Below are positions 9,823 to 20,900 of a stretch of DNA of 64,000 nucleotides, piece after piece; positions within the stretch are counted from its first letter, which is position 1; every line of letters begins with the position of its first letter. Made by a program: the position numbers and the translations under genes. The DNA is from an uncultured virus (IMG/VR IMGVR_UViG_3300043418_000182) (taxonomy: Duplodnaviria; Heunggongvirae; Uroviricota; Caudoviricetes; Schitoviridae). Below the pieces are notes generated by a model. The model had not been told where the DNA came from and made no database searches. It saw nothing but the letters and a program-made list of their open reading frames with translations. Where the stretch lies: IMG/VR virus record IMGVR_UViG_3300043418_000182. One strand, given 5' to 3'.

Positions 9823-10467
9823 ATGACCGCAATCACCACCGCTAACCTTGCCTCTGCCTCACTTGATGGCACAGGCGTCTTTGATGTCTTGATGGCGGCC
9901 AACAAGGCTCACCTTGAAGCCGAATTTGCCAAAGGCCGCATCAAAGGTGCTGAGTACGCAACGGTCTATCTGGGTTCCCTTACACAGGTCATGCAGACCG
10001 CATTGGCTTTCCTGTTGGCTCAACAAAAGACCGACTTGGAAGCGCAGCTGCTGACCAAACAGATTGCCCTGGTTGAACAGCAACGTGCCAACGCCGTGCT
10101 GGAAGGTACCGTGCTGGTTGCCCAAGAGTGCAAGCTGCGCGCTGAGTTTGACTTGACCATGGCGTCGATCTTGAAGACTGATCAAGAGACTGCATTGCTG
10201 GCTCAAAAGTCTGCCACAGAACGTGCACAGATCACTTCTTTGGGCGTGGATGCAGACAGCGTGCTGGGCAAACAAAAAGCCCTGTACCAAGCGCAAACCA
10301 ATGGCTTTACTCGAGACGCTGAACAGAAAGCCGCCAAGCTTCTGGTCGATACCTGGAACGTGCGCCGTACCACGGACGAAGCCACAGTGGCTGATGGCAC
10401 CAACATGCTCAATGACGCTACGGTGGGCCGAGCAGTCACCAAGCTGTTGGCTGGGGTGAATGCCTAA
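9823..10467 (+). CDS. N4 gp54-like structural protein
   Basis: GTGVFDVLM...HL..EF.KGRI.GAEYA and GFTRDAEQKAAK motifs; synteny. Confidence 0.8.
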   Translation: MTAITTANLASASLDGTGVFDVLMAANKAHLEAEFAKGRIKGAEYATVYLGSLTQVMQTALAFLLAQQKTDLEAQLLTKQIALVEQQRANAVLEGTVLVAQECKLRAEFDLTMASILKTDQETALLAQKSATERAQITSLGVDADSVLGKQKALYQAQTNGFTRDAEQKAAKLLVDTWNVRRTTDEATVADGTNMLNDATVGRAVTKLLAGVNA

Positions 10468-10484
10468 CCTCCCGAAAAGCAAAC

Positions 10485-10510
10485 AAGGGAGCCAAGTGCT
10501 CCCTTTTTTT
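10485..10510 (+). terminator. intrinsic terminator
   Basis: AAGGGAGC-caagt-GCTCCC followed by T7. Confidence 0.85.
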
Positions 10511-10531
10511 ATCCAGTAGTCAGGAAGCAAT

Positions 10532-12823
10532 ATGGGATGGAATCCGTTTAAGAGCGAAGAGGTCACCCGGGTGGCCACATCGGTTTCCCGCGTGGTTCCT
10601 GATGCTTCACTTCCCGATTCGATCAAATCGGGCGTCATCAAAGCCATGTTCAATGATGACAGCACAATTCCCGATTACACGATGGATGCGTTGGTCTCCA
10701 GCCTGGGTATCAGGTCTGAACGCATGTACCGGTACGCTGAGCAGTACTACACCTATGGCTTACCGTCAGGGGAAGTATTCTCTTCAACCCAAGGCCGGGC
10801 ACAAGTTGAAGCAGTCATCGAAACCATGGAGCACAAGCAGGTGTCCATGGAGTATTCCCACTATGGCACGCTCAATGCGTTGCACATTGGCTGGACAAAA
10901 CTGCTTACCCAGCATGGCTACAGCGCAGCCACCAATCAGCTGGGCAACCTGACTACCAGCAAAGGCAAACCGGTCTACCTCAAAGACATGGTGGTGGTGG
11001 TTCCCTCTGCCCAAGTTACGCTTTTGGATCCAGGCATGTTGACCCAATGGGGCACGGCCGCCTGCGCAGGGTACACACCCGATCGGCCCAGCAGCATTGG
11101 TAGCCTGACCTCGTTGTCAGCACCATCCCCCATCAACATCAGCTCGACTGCCACGGACGTGTACTTGCTTGTCACGGCCACCTGGGATACCGGCGTCATC
11201 ACCACCAACCAAAGCACAGGGGTGTCTTCGTCTACGGCCACCGAAACTTTCACAATCGACTTGTCTGGCTATGACCGGACAGCCAATTACTTTCAAGCCA
11301 AGTACCAGGTCGACGGTGTCACCAAGTGCTGGCTGTACCTCAATGGTTCGGGTGGTTACACCGCGCTGGATCAAATTTATGTTAGCGCTCCGGCAGTGTC
11401 GGGCTCTTATTTTCCCTTTACCTATTTCCGGTTTGGCAAACACTCGCAGATCTCAGACAAAACCACCAATGCCTACAAGACATCCAAGCGGATGTTGAAG
11501 CACCTGGGCATGGACTATGACTTGCTGGCTGATTCCATTGATGCCAACCCCAACATCGGGGACATTGAGCAGGCCATGATGACTTTCAGTGTGCCAGCGG
11601 TTTCGACCAATGCCATTGAGAACCGGTACCTGTTTGATTACTTTGACAACATGTTCACCGCCATGGATGGCTCATCGTCTGCAGAGCAAGCAGCGGTTCT
11701 GGCCAAGCTGACCAAGGTGGCAGGCTTTGCCAACTGGGCTGGCAACTTCAACACGGCGGTAATTCAGGATGCCCGGTTCAGAATGACCCTGAACAACAGC
11801 GGCATTTACAAACGTTTGGTGGCCGGTAGCATTGGTGAAGTGGATTCCTATGCCAGTGCCTACGAGCCCATCCAGGTTGAGCAAATTGTGATGGAAGCTG
11901 AAGGCTCAGGCACCAGCACTCAATGGGTGTCGGTCAGCATGCACCGGTATCGCCATCAGATTGCGGTGGGCTTGTATGAAGAGGTTTCTGTGCAGAACCT
12001 GCGCATGGTCTACAACATCTACGGTGGCTACAGCACGTTGGGTGATGGAACCAGTGACATCTTGTTGATTCCAATCGACCGTTCGGTGTCAGAGAACTAC
12101 TCCATTGCCATGCGCGAGATCTTGTATGCGCGCTCGCTGCATTTCATCTTCAACAGCCGCACGGTCACCACGGTCAAGTGGTACCAGCAACAATGGTTTT
12201 CAGTGGTCTTGATCATTGTGGCGATTGTTTTGACCGTCATTGACATGGGTACAGATGGGGGTTCGTGGATTGCCACAGCCTTGGGTGTCACCGGCACCAC
12301 GGCGATCGTCGTCACGGTCATCTTCAATTTGATTGTTGGTTTGACTCTGATGCCCAAGATTTTTGATCTTTTTGTAAAGGTCTTTGGCAAAGAAGTGGCT
12401 GAGGCTTTGGCCATTCTTGCCATCATTTATGGTGCCTACACCGTCATTGATGCTGGTGGTGTCACCGGTGCACCGTGGGCAAAAGATCTTTTGATGCTTT
12501 CCACTGGTTTGGAAAGTGCCGTGATCCGTGCTGACTTCCAAGACTTGCTTGGTGACGCAAATGAATTGACTACATACATTGATGACCAGACCAAGACTTT
12601 GGATAAAGCCAAGGAACTTCTGGCCAACAGATCAGTATTAAACCCGTTCGTAATCTTCGGCGAGAAGCCAGATGCTTATTACAATAGAACGGTACACTTC
12701 GGTAACATCGGAACAGTGGGTATCAATGCAATCTCCTCCTACGTGGACTTAGCACTCACCCTACCAAAATTGAAAGACACGTTAGGAGAAGAACTCAATG
12801 ACCTATCCACTACAACCAGCTAA
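10532..12823 (+). CDS. N4 gp53-like structural protein with C-terminal membrane segments
   Basis: 763 aa; KWYQQQWF followed by TM helices; synteny before gp52/51/50. Confidence 0.75.
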   Translation: MGWNPFKSEEVTRVATSVSRVVPDASLPDSIKSGVIKAMFNDDSTIPDYTMDALVSSLGIRSERMYRYAEQYYTYGLPSGEVFSSTQGRAQVEAVIETMEHKQVSMEYSHYGTLNALHIGWTKLLTQHGYSAATNQLGNLTTSKGKPVYLKDMVVVVPSAQVTLLDPGMLTQWGTAACAGYTPDRPSSIGSLTSLSAPSPINISSTATDVYLLVTATWDTGVITTNQSTGVSSSTATETFTIDLSGYDRTANYFQAKYQVDGVTKCWLYLNGSGGYTALDQIYVSAPAVSGSYFPFTYFRFGKHSQISDKTTNAYKTSKRMLKHLGMDYDLLADSIDANPNIGDIEQAMMTFSVPAVSTNAIENRYLFDYFDNMFTAMDGSSSAEQAAVLAKLTKVAGFANWAGNFNTAVIQDARFRMTLNNSGIYKRLVAGSIGEVDSYASAYEPIQVEQIVMEAEGSGTSTQWVSVSMHRYRHQIAVGLYEEVSVQNLRMVYNIYGGYSTLGDGTSDILLIPIDRSVSENYSIAMREILYARSLHFIFNSRTVTTVKWYQQQWFSVVLIIVAIVLTVIDMGTDGGSWIATALGVTGTTAIVVTVIFNLIVGLTLMPKIFDLFVKVFGKEVAEALAILAIIYGAYTVIDAGGVTGAPWAKDLLMLSTGLESAVIRADFQDLLGDANELTTYIDDQTKTLDKAKELLANRSVLNPFVIFGEKPDAYYNRTVHFGNIGTVGINAISSYVDLALTLPKLKDTLGEELNDLSTTTS

Positions 12824-13325
12824 TTACACTCCCGGCTTGGGTAGCGCATACATGCCTTCCCAGTACTCCTCGCTAACTGATTACGGCTCACCCAATACTG
12901 GTTATTCATTGACTGGTATGGGTGGCTTGAACCAACCTGTAGCCACAGCAGATTCTTTGAAATTGAACTTTGGTGGGGGCGGCGCAAGCACTCCTCCTGG
13001 CAGCACACCTAACGCATTTACTCAGTGGATGCGTGACACGGGTGTCATTGGTAGCACTGATGCCAACGGCCTTAAAACCGATGGTTGGGGTGGCTTGGCT
13101 TTGGGTACTGCTACTGGCTTGGGTGGTTTGTATTTGGGCATGCAGCAATACAACTTGGCCAAGGATGCGTTGGCAAACAACAAGGCCCAGTTTGAGCGCA
13201 ACTTTGCTGCCCAGAAAACCACAACCAATGCCAACCTGGAAGATCGTCAGCGCGCGCGCGTGGCATCTAATGGTGGTGCTTACCAATCTGTGGGTGACTA
13301 CATGTCACAGAACGGGATCAAATAA
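12798..13325 (+). CDS. N4 gp52-like ejection protein
   Basis: Gly-rich hydrophobic helix followed by a coiled coil with N.NLEDRQRAR; synteny. Confidence 0.75.
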   Translation: MTYPLQPANYTPGLGSAYMPSQYSSLTDYGSPNTGYSLTGMGGLNQPVATADSLKLNFGGGGASTPPGSTPNAFTQWMRDTGVIGSTDANGLKTDGWGGLALGTATGLGGLYLGMQQYNLAKDALANNKAQFERNFAAQKTTTNANLEDRQRARVASNGGAYQSVGDYMSQNGIK

Positions 13326-14830
13326 TGGCTGAACCAATTACATGGCGCACGGTCAATGGCCCGTCGCTTGCGGAGAACTTCCGCCCAATGGAAGGTGCCC
13401 AGCGATCTATCCTGGGTAGCTTTGACCAACTAGGTAGCGTGCTCAAACAGCAAGAAGCTACCGACCAGGCCAACTGGAACCAAACCAAAGAGAACAACAC
13501 CCAGGACTTTTTGAGCAAGCTGTACGCTGTTCAAGGCCCTGATAAGTTCAAAGCACTCCAGGACTCTGGTGAGCTTGAACGCATGATCTCTGCCAACGGT
13601 GCCCAGATTGACCGTGCTGCTGCACGTTCAGCCATGGACGGCCGTTTGAATGTCTTGCAAAACCGGGAAGAGCAAAACTGGAAATTCCAGGATGCTTCGA
13701 CCGATCGTACGCAGTTGCCGATAGTTCAGCAGATCTTGACTCATGCAACAGCTGGCGAGAAAGACAAAGCCTTGGCACTGATGCAAGCCAACCCAGACTT
13801 GCGCATGCCTGCACCGTTGATGGACTCGATTGTCAAAGGCGATCGTGACTTCCAGAAATGGGGCTTCACGGTGGCTGATGAGAAGCAAAAAGAAATCATG
13901 CGTCCGTTGGATGTCCAAGGCAAAAAACTGGAAAACGCTGGCAAGGCCACCTCCAATGCCACAGGCACATTGACTCTTGAAAGCCTTCGCCAAGACGTGG
14001 CTGACAAGAACGAAGTGCGTGCACTGGACAATGCGTTGGCTTCTGCTCAGCAAAAATACTTGGCAGACAAAGATGCTACCGGCCGCAACATGGGCGTCAT
14101 TGCCAAAAACGCCAGCTTGCCGATGTTGTCCAGCGGTCATCCAGACTTTGCCAACATGACTTCTGCTCAGCTGGATGCGTTTGATGCTGCAGCCAAGTTG
14201 AACCAACAGGTCAAGGTACCTACTGCGCGTGAATTCATCAGCGGTGATACACGGGTAGCCAATGATTTTGTCAAGTCTTTGCAAGACTCTGGCAAGTTCC
14301 GTCCAGCAGTATTGAGCAAGTACCGCGACAACATCCGCGCAGGCTTTAACAGCAATGCGTTGGATGCCACAGTGGGTAACGATGCGGCCAACATTGCTTT
14401 GTCTCGTGCACAAAACAAAGTCAAGTTTGATGAGCAAGATGCTCAGAACTGGTATGCACCTGGTAGCCCCAATGCAACCAAAGCCTACGAGCAATTGGCT
14501 ACGGATGCTGAAAGCCTCATGGACAAGACCGATGGCTTCAGTCCAAAAGAAGACGTGGCACCGGTTCAAGAGTTCATCCATCGCATGGGCCAACAAGGTA
14601 TTGAAGTTGCTCCAGGCAAATTCATGACCCCGTCGGTACAAGACATGCGCAATGCCATTCGCACTGCGGGTGGTGGTTGGTTTACTGATAGTCAGCGCGC
14701 TAACAAGGCCGAAGAGATTCTCAAAAAGAGCGTTAAAAACTCTTTTACAACTGAGAAGCTAAAACAAGCTGAAGAAAGTGCAATCTATCGTCGACAACAG
14801 GCAGTCAGAGATATTCTGAACGCCAAGTAA
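13325..14830 (+). CDS. N4 gp51-like ejection protein
   Basis: MAEPITWRTV start typical of N4-like gp51; helical, no Cys seen; directly upstream of vRNAP. Confidence 0.75.
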   Translation: MAEPITWRTVNGPSLAENFRPMEGAQRSILGSFDQLGSVLKQQEATDQANWNQTKENNTQDFLSKLYAVQGPDKFKALQDSGELERMISANGAQIDRAAARSAMDGRLNVLQNREEQNWKFQDASTDRTQLPIVQQILTHATAGEKDKALALMQANPDLRMPAPLMDSIVKGDRDFQKWGFTVADEKQKEIMRPLDVQGKKLENAGKATSNATGTLTLESLRQDVADKNEVRALDNALASAQQKYLADKDATGRNMGVIAKNASLPMLSSGHPDFANMTSAQLDAFDAAAKLNQQVKVPTAREFISGDTRVANDFVKSLQDSGKFRPAVLSKYRDNIRAGFNSNALDATVGNDAANIALSRAQNKVKFDEQDAQNWYAPGSPNATKAYEQLATDAESLMDKTDGFSPKEDVAPVQEFIHRMGQQGIEVAPGKFMTPSVQDMRNAIRTAGGGWFTDSQRANKAEEILKKSVKNSFTTEKLKQAEESAIYRRQQAVRDILNAK

Positions 14831-14851
14831 GCTCAATTGGGCTGATAATGG

Positions 14852-14880
14852 AGGGGCGCTTTAAATGCGCCCCTTTTTTT
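14852..14880 (+). terminator. intrinsic terminator
   Basis: AGGGGCGC-tttaaat-GCGCCCCT followed by a T run. Confidence 0.85.
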
Positions 14881-14918
14881 CATGGGGAATCAATACCCCT
14901 TAGACCAGAAAGACTTGC

Positions 14919-17900
14919 ATGGCTACTTCCGATCCTCGGGACTATTTCAATAACCGCATTGCACAAGAACTAGATCGAAATGCCTTGGTAGGTATTTCAG
15001 ATGGCTATGACCAAATGCAAGCGGCCAGCCGTCAAAAGATCCTTGACCTTTCCCAATTGAAAAAACAGCAGGAAGTTGCTGAAGCCAAGATGCGTGAATC
15101 TTGGGTGGGCAAGCTTGGTTTGAATCCTGATGGTGTGGTGGGCACTGCAGTCAACCTGGGTGCTTCGGCTTATTCAGGCGTTGCCCGTGGCATGGGCGAA
15201 TTGACTTCATTGGTTCCTGCCGTGGCGTCATGGGCAGATGAAAACTCAGTCAGTGAAGACGAGATTTCTGCTTACAACCGCAAGCAACAAGGCATTGCCA
15301 CGCCGGAAGACATGGCCTTGTTGACTCGCAAGAAAGCGTTCTATGCCGAGCGGGATACTCCTGAAGCCAAAGCGCGCGCACAGGAAATTGCTGACCGAAA
15401 TCCTGAAGGCTTGTCGGCGCTGGACTTGATTGAACGCAGTAAAAAGATGCGCACGGTCAGCCGTGACATCAATGAAGTGTTTGACAACAGCAGCGTGGTG
15501 CACCAAGGCAACCGCGATGAGTTAACGGACGATTTGGGCAAAAGCTTTCAAGCTGCCTGGGATCAGACTGGCTTGGCCAACACGTTTTCTAAAGACAAAG
15601 AAGTTGGTGGCATCAAAGATGTGATCTCTGGTGTGGCCAAGCTGCTTTACAACGCTGGTGAGGCAGGCATTACTCATCCCACTGCCACGGCTGAGTACAT
15701 CTCCGAAAACTTGCCCCAATTGGTGATGGGTTCTGCCGGCAAAGGCGGCAAACTTTTGATGTCGGCTTCCAACGCAAGCTATGCGGCCGACAACTACCAG
15801 CGCGGCATGCAGAACTACGCAGCCGAGAACAATGGTGAATTGCCTTCTGCTGACAAGCGCATGGAAATGGCCTTGTGGGCTGCCTCGACAGCAGTGGCTG
15901 AACAGGTAGGGGAAGTTGGTCAGTTGGCTGCCATTGGCAAAGTTCGCAAGTCCATTCCTGTGGGCGAAGAAGCTGCGCGTCTTGGTTTTAAACAGTCGTT
16001 GAAAAACACAGCCAAAGCAACTGCCACTGGTTTTGGTGAAGAAGCAGCCACGGAAGGTTTTCAAACCTACGCTGAAGGGGAAGCTTCTCTTAAACCTGCC
16101 TCTGCACAGGACGTGTATGTGGGCGGTGTCATTGGTGGCTTGTCTGGTGGCGGTATTTCAGGCGGTGGCCGAGCTGCCGCCGAAGCTTTGGGCGCTACTC
16201 CTGAGAAAGTGGCCAAAAAAGTTGACGATGCCAAGAAGTCTGAAGACTTGAACACGGCAATCTCTACTGGTGATGTCACCAAGTTCCTGGATCCCAAGGA
16301 TCCTGCCTACTCACCTGAGCGCGCTGTTCAAGCGTTGTACGGTCACAGCAAATTGCCTGAGACCAGTGAAGAAACCAAGCAAGCCAGCTTGAAAAAGGCC
16401 ACCGAGATCGTGGCTGACCTGGAAGAACAAAAAGCCAAGGAACAAACTTACTACGACGCGGTGTCTCCAGCCATGGTGGAGAACCTGAAAGCTTTGCTGG
16501 GCAAAGCTCAGGCTGCTGGCAACCAGGAAGTGGTCGCCGGTATTCAAGAAGAGTTGGCTTCCATTGAAAACGACACAACTACGGCTCCTCGTTTGGAAGC
16601 CAAGCTGGCTCGTATCGATCGACAGCTGACTGCAGCCCAAGAAGCCTTGGCCAACTTTCACGAAGAGTCTCAAGCGCGTGATCTGGATGTGACCGCTGAA
16701 GTGGCTCACATCAACGGTGCTGATTCAGTGGCTTCACAGGAATCCGCTGACCGGGTCATCAACCTGTCTATGGCGATCCCAGAGCGTTTGGACACTGCGG
16801 TGGCTACATCGCTTGCCGAGAACACAAATAACGCCTTGACGGCCCCTCAGCGCGCTTACCTGCGTGCATTCAGTGCAGCCCGTGCTGCTGAGAACTTGCT
16901 CAAAGACATGGGCAAGGTTTCCCAGGAGATTTACCACGGTGGTAAGGGCATGGTCGGTATCCAACAGTACCGAGCCAGTGTGGCTGCAGCTTTGTCTGCC
17001 GGCAACAAGTCCGCTGCTGATACGCAGATTGCCCAGCTGAGCAAATTTGTGGGTGACCACCAGGCCAAGGCCACGGTCTCCGCGCGCGCACTGAAGCAGT
17101 TTGAGACTTCTGGATTACCCGTTCAGGTGATCAGTGATGGCAAGCGTGGTTGGGCCATCAACATGGGTGAGCAATTGCCTGCAGCCGAGTTGCGCAAGCA
17201 GGGCGGTGTGTTGGTGGATGAGAAAAGTTCAAAGTTGGTCGACAGCTTCAAGACTGAAGCGGATGCACTGAGCAAAGCTGAGGCAGAGCTGCGCGCCGCT
17301 TACGACATCAAGTTCAACACAACCAGTGAGGTGAAGAATGTCAAGGACGTATCGAAGACACCTGCACGAAGTGAAGAGTCCACCGATCGCGCTCAGACCC
17401 AAGCCAAGACAGAAAGTAGTACCGCCAAGGATGGTGGAACTGCCGGAGAACGATCGACCAACGCCGATGTACAGAGCAGTGAAAACGCTGGTGTAGCCAA
17501 GTCTGCTGAGAAGGCTCCTGCCTCTTCTGTGACAACTGCTGAAAATCAAGAGCAACTGCAGTCTACTGAGGCCGCACAAGATACTGCAACCGCACCTGTT
17601 GAGGAATCAGGGAAACTCTCTACCCTTCAACAGACATCCCCGGAGGGGACTGCATTCAACCTGCGCAACTTGGTGGCTGACTACTTCACACAGTCTGCTG
17701 GCAAAGAAAGTGATGCCACAACACGTCCGTTGGTAGAGGTAAAGAACTTCCTCACTCAGACAGCCAAGAGTGCAGTGGACTTCTTGCAAGACAAAACTCT
17801 GAGTGGTGCACAACAACAAGTGCTGCAGCTGTTCAAAACCAAAGCTTCTGCATGGCAAGCCACCATTCAAAAGAACTTGTCATTGCGCAAGCGTGAGTTC

Positions 17901-20900
17901 TGGTACACCGACATGATGGACTTTCTTGTTCAAGAGAGCGAAGGCAACCTTGATCTGGAAGAGAACGTGAAGACTGCAATGAGCTATGCCGCATTCAGCT
18001 GGATTGCTGAAAATGCAGGCCGCTCGATGTACAACACCGATGCTGAAATCAGGGCGATCCTAGATCGTGATGAAGATCACATCGTGTCACGACAAGAACG
18101 CAATGCGTTGGGTCTTGTAGGCCTTCGCCAAAATGTGATTGCCAACTCGTTGGGTCAGCGCGCAGTGCAAGCGCTTGGTTTGAAAGAAAACAAGGATGCT
18201 CCCAAGAATCTAATGCCGCGTTTGGAAGGTGCCTTGGGTGCCCACATCATGAAGATGATGCTGGATCAGGGCATGCTCAAACGCACAGAGATCTCTGGCA
18301 AAGAGATGGCAGCCATGACGGGCAAAAAGGACACCAATTCGTCGGCGTCATTTCAGTTCATCTCATTGGTTCGTGATGAGCAAGGTAACCCCAATGCTCA
18401 AGCCAAAGAGATCATGGAGGCCAGCAAAGGTACCCAGGGAATGATGGACAAGTTGTTCTCGGTGGAAGCCTCGTTGAAAGCGCCTACGTTTGAGCCAGTA
18501 AAGTTTACGCAGACCAACACCCGCAACACCGATCAGAAGGTTCCTGAGAACCAGGCCAAAATCATTGAGCATGAAAACCAGGTGCCTAACTTTGTTCGCC
18601 AAGACATGTGGCAACTGATTACGCAGTTGTCGGACAGCGTGCGCGAAGCAATTGCAGGTGTGGAAGAAGTGTCTGAGCACACTCATGTGGTCAACAAAGC
18701 CAGCGTGCAAGCCAAAAACGATGGCTTGAAGCGCGAGCTGGAACGCTTTGTGGAATTTGTCAGCGGCATGGATGACATCGAAGCCGCGATGTACTTTGAG
18801 CACAGCGTGTGGAAGCAACAGCGCGTAGGTATTTCGACCAACGTGATCAACCCCCAAAGCAGCAAGATCCATCGCTTCATGTTGTACCGCAATGCGTGGA
18901 CAACCAAAGTTGACATGGCCAATGATGCCCAGATGGACAACTTCCGTCTGCGCGTGCTTGAAGGCTTGGGTGTCAAAACCGACAAGCAGTCCAACCAGAC
19001 TTCCTTGGCTGGCTACCAAGCCATGGTGAACCAACCTGCCATTGCTGATGCGGTGGAAGTTTTGCGCAAGAGTGTGTTTGAGGGTGGCATCACCGCTGAA
19101 GAGCAGCAAGTACTGGTAGCCGGCGTCAAAGCAGGCAAGCAGAAGTTCCATTCACTGGATGCGTTGATGGCACTGGCTCATGAAGCCCAAGCCATGAAGG
19201 AAGGCAAAGATTCCTTTACCGTTCAGATGATGGGTGAAGTGGACGGTGTGACCAACGGCCCCATGCTCAGCCACTTGATGCTAGGCGCTTCGGAAACCGT
19301 GGAAGGTTTGTTTGGTTTGTTGAATCGTGGTGGCTTTTTTGAAAAAACCAATGACCAAACCCAGTACAACCAGTGGCGCGAACAACCAGGCCATTTGGAC
19401 TTGTACGAGAACACGGCTTTGCACATGACCCAGGCAGTCCAAGCAATGCTGGACAAAGACAGCAAGCTGGGTGTGACGCTGGGTGCCATCTATGCGTTCA
19501 CTGGCACGTTGGCTGACAAAGACGGTTCAGTGGCCAAGGCTGGCCGCAACATCATCAAGACACCGCTGACTGCCATGGTCTTTGGTTCGTCAGTGACTTC
19601 GGCCGTCGACAGCATGGCCAACGGTTTTGTGGAATCAATCTACGCAGCCATTGAAGATGTGTCGGCCGGTAAGGGTGATGTCAAGCATGTGATCGACAAC
19701 ATCAACGTCTTGCTGATGATGGGCAAAGGCCCAACCATCAATCAGATGTCCATTGAACAGTTGATGAAAACTGAGCTTAGCAACGAACAAGTCAACGCTT
19801 TGAAAAAGTCTTTCAAGGACACCTTGGGCAAGGCAGTTGCTGAGACCATGAAGACAGACTTCAACACGTTCATCGAGCAACGCAAGGAGTTCAACGAAGC
19901 TGCTCAGCTGTCTTTTGAGATTTACAACGCAGCCTACCAAGGTCTGCGTGATGCCTACGTAGCAGAGCTCATCAAGTCTGGTGACTTGGCCACCGATTCC
20001 AAGGGCCGACCTATCCATGATCTGACCACCGGTCAAGAAATGGAATTGAAGAATCGTGTGCGCAAACTGGATCCTTTGATGCACACCTTGATGTCCAAAG
20101 AAAGTGGCTCTTTGTCTGCTGGTTTGCACGTCTCCAAGAGTGACCGAAAGCTCAGTGCCCGTACTACCTACGAAGGTGAAATCAAATTTGGCAGCAAGTT
20201 TGCTGACAACGGTGCTTCGTCGACTACCACCCGGGGTTACGAAATAGTGGAGACTGCTCCTGGTGTAGCGATGATGGTGTTGTCTGCCCACTCGGCTGAC
20301 AGCGCTGTTTCACACACTGCGTTGGACGGCAATGAGGTACTTAACGTTCACGATGCGCATGGCACTGGCTTGAAAGACTTTGAGCAAACTGCGCGCAACC
20401 TGAACAAGGCGACATGGAACACCATGTTGAATTACTCACCGGCCAATGAAATTGCACAGACGTTGTCCCGTGTCGTGGTTGGTCTGGCTGGTTTGATGGA
20501 GCAGGGCGATGTGCCGGCACAGGTGATTGCAAACCTGAAGACTGTGCTGGGTGAAACGTCATTGGCTGCGGCCCTGACCCAAGCCAAGGACCTTGCTTTC
20601 AAAGCGGACAACATGCGCTTGGAAGCCCTTGGTTTGATGGGATCTGTTGACCAGTACGCACTGGAAGGTGGTAACTACCAAGTCACCGAAGGGAACCGTG
20701 CCGAAGCCCAAGCCAAACGGGCTGCATTGTCCAAGGAGCTGAGCTCTGATGAAGCGGCGGCTTTGGTGCAGATTGCGTCGTCGCTGGGCCAGGCCTCCAC
20801 CGCTGACGCGGCTCCAGCCAGTCCCGCTCCTCGCACGGCTACGGTAGAAACTGCTTTTGGCAAAGTAGGAACTCCCAACATCCAGAGCGAAGGCGATCTG

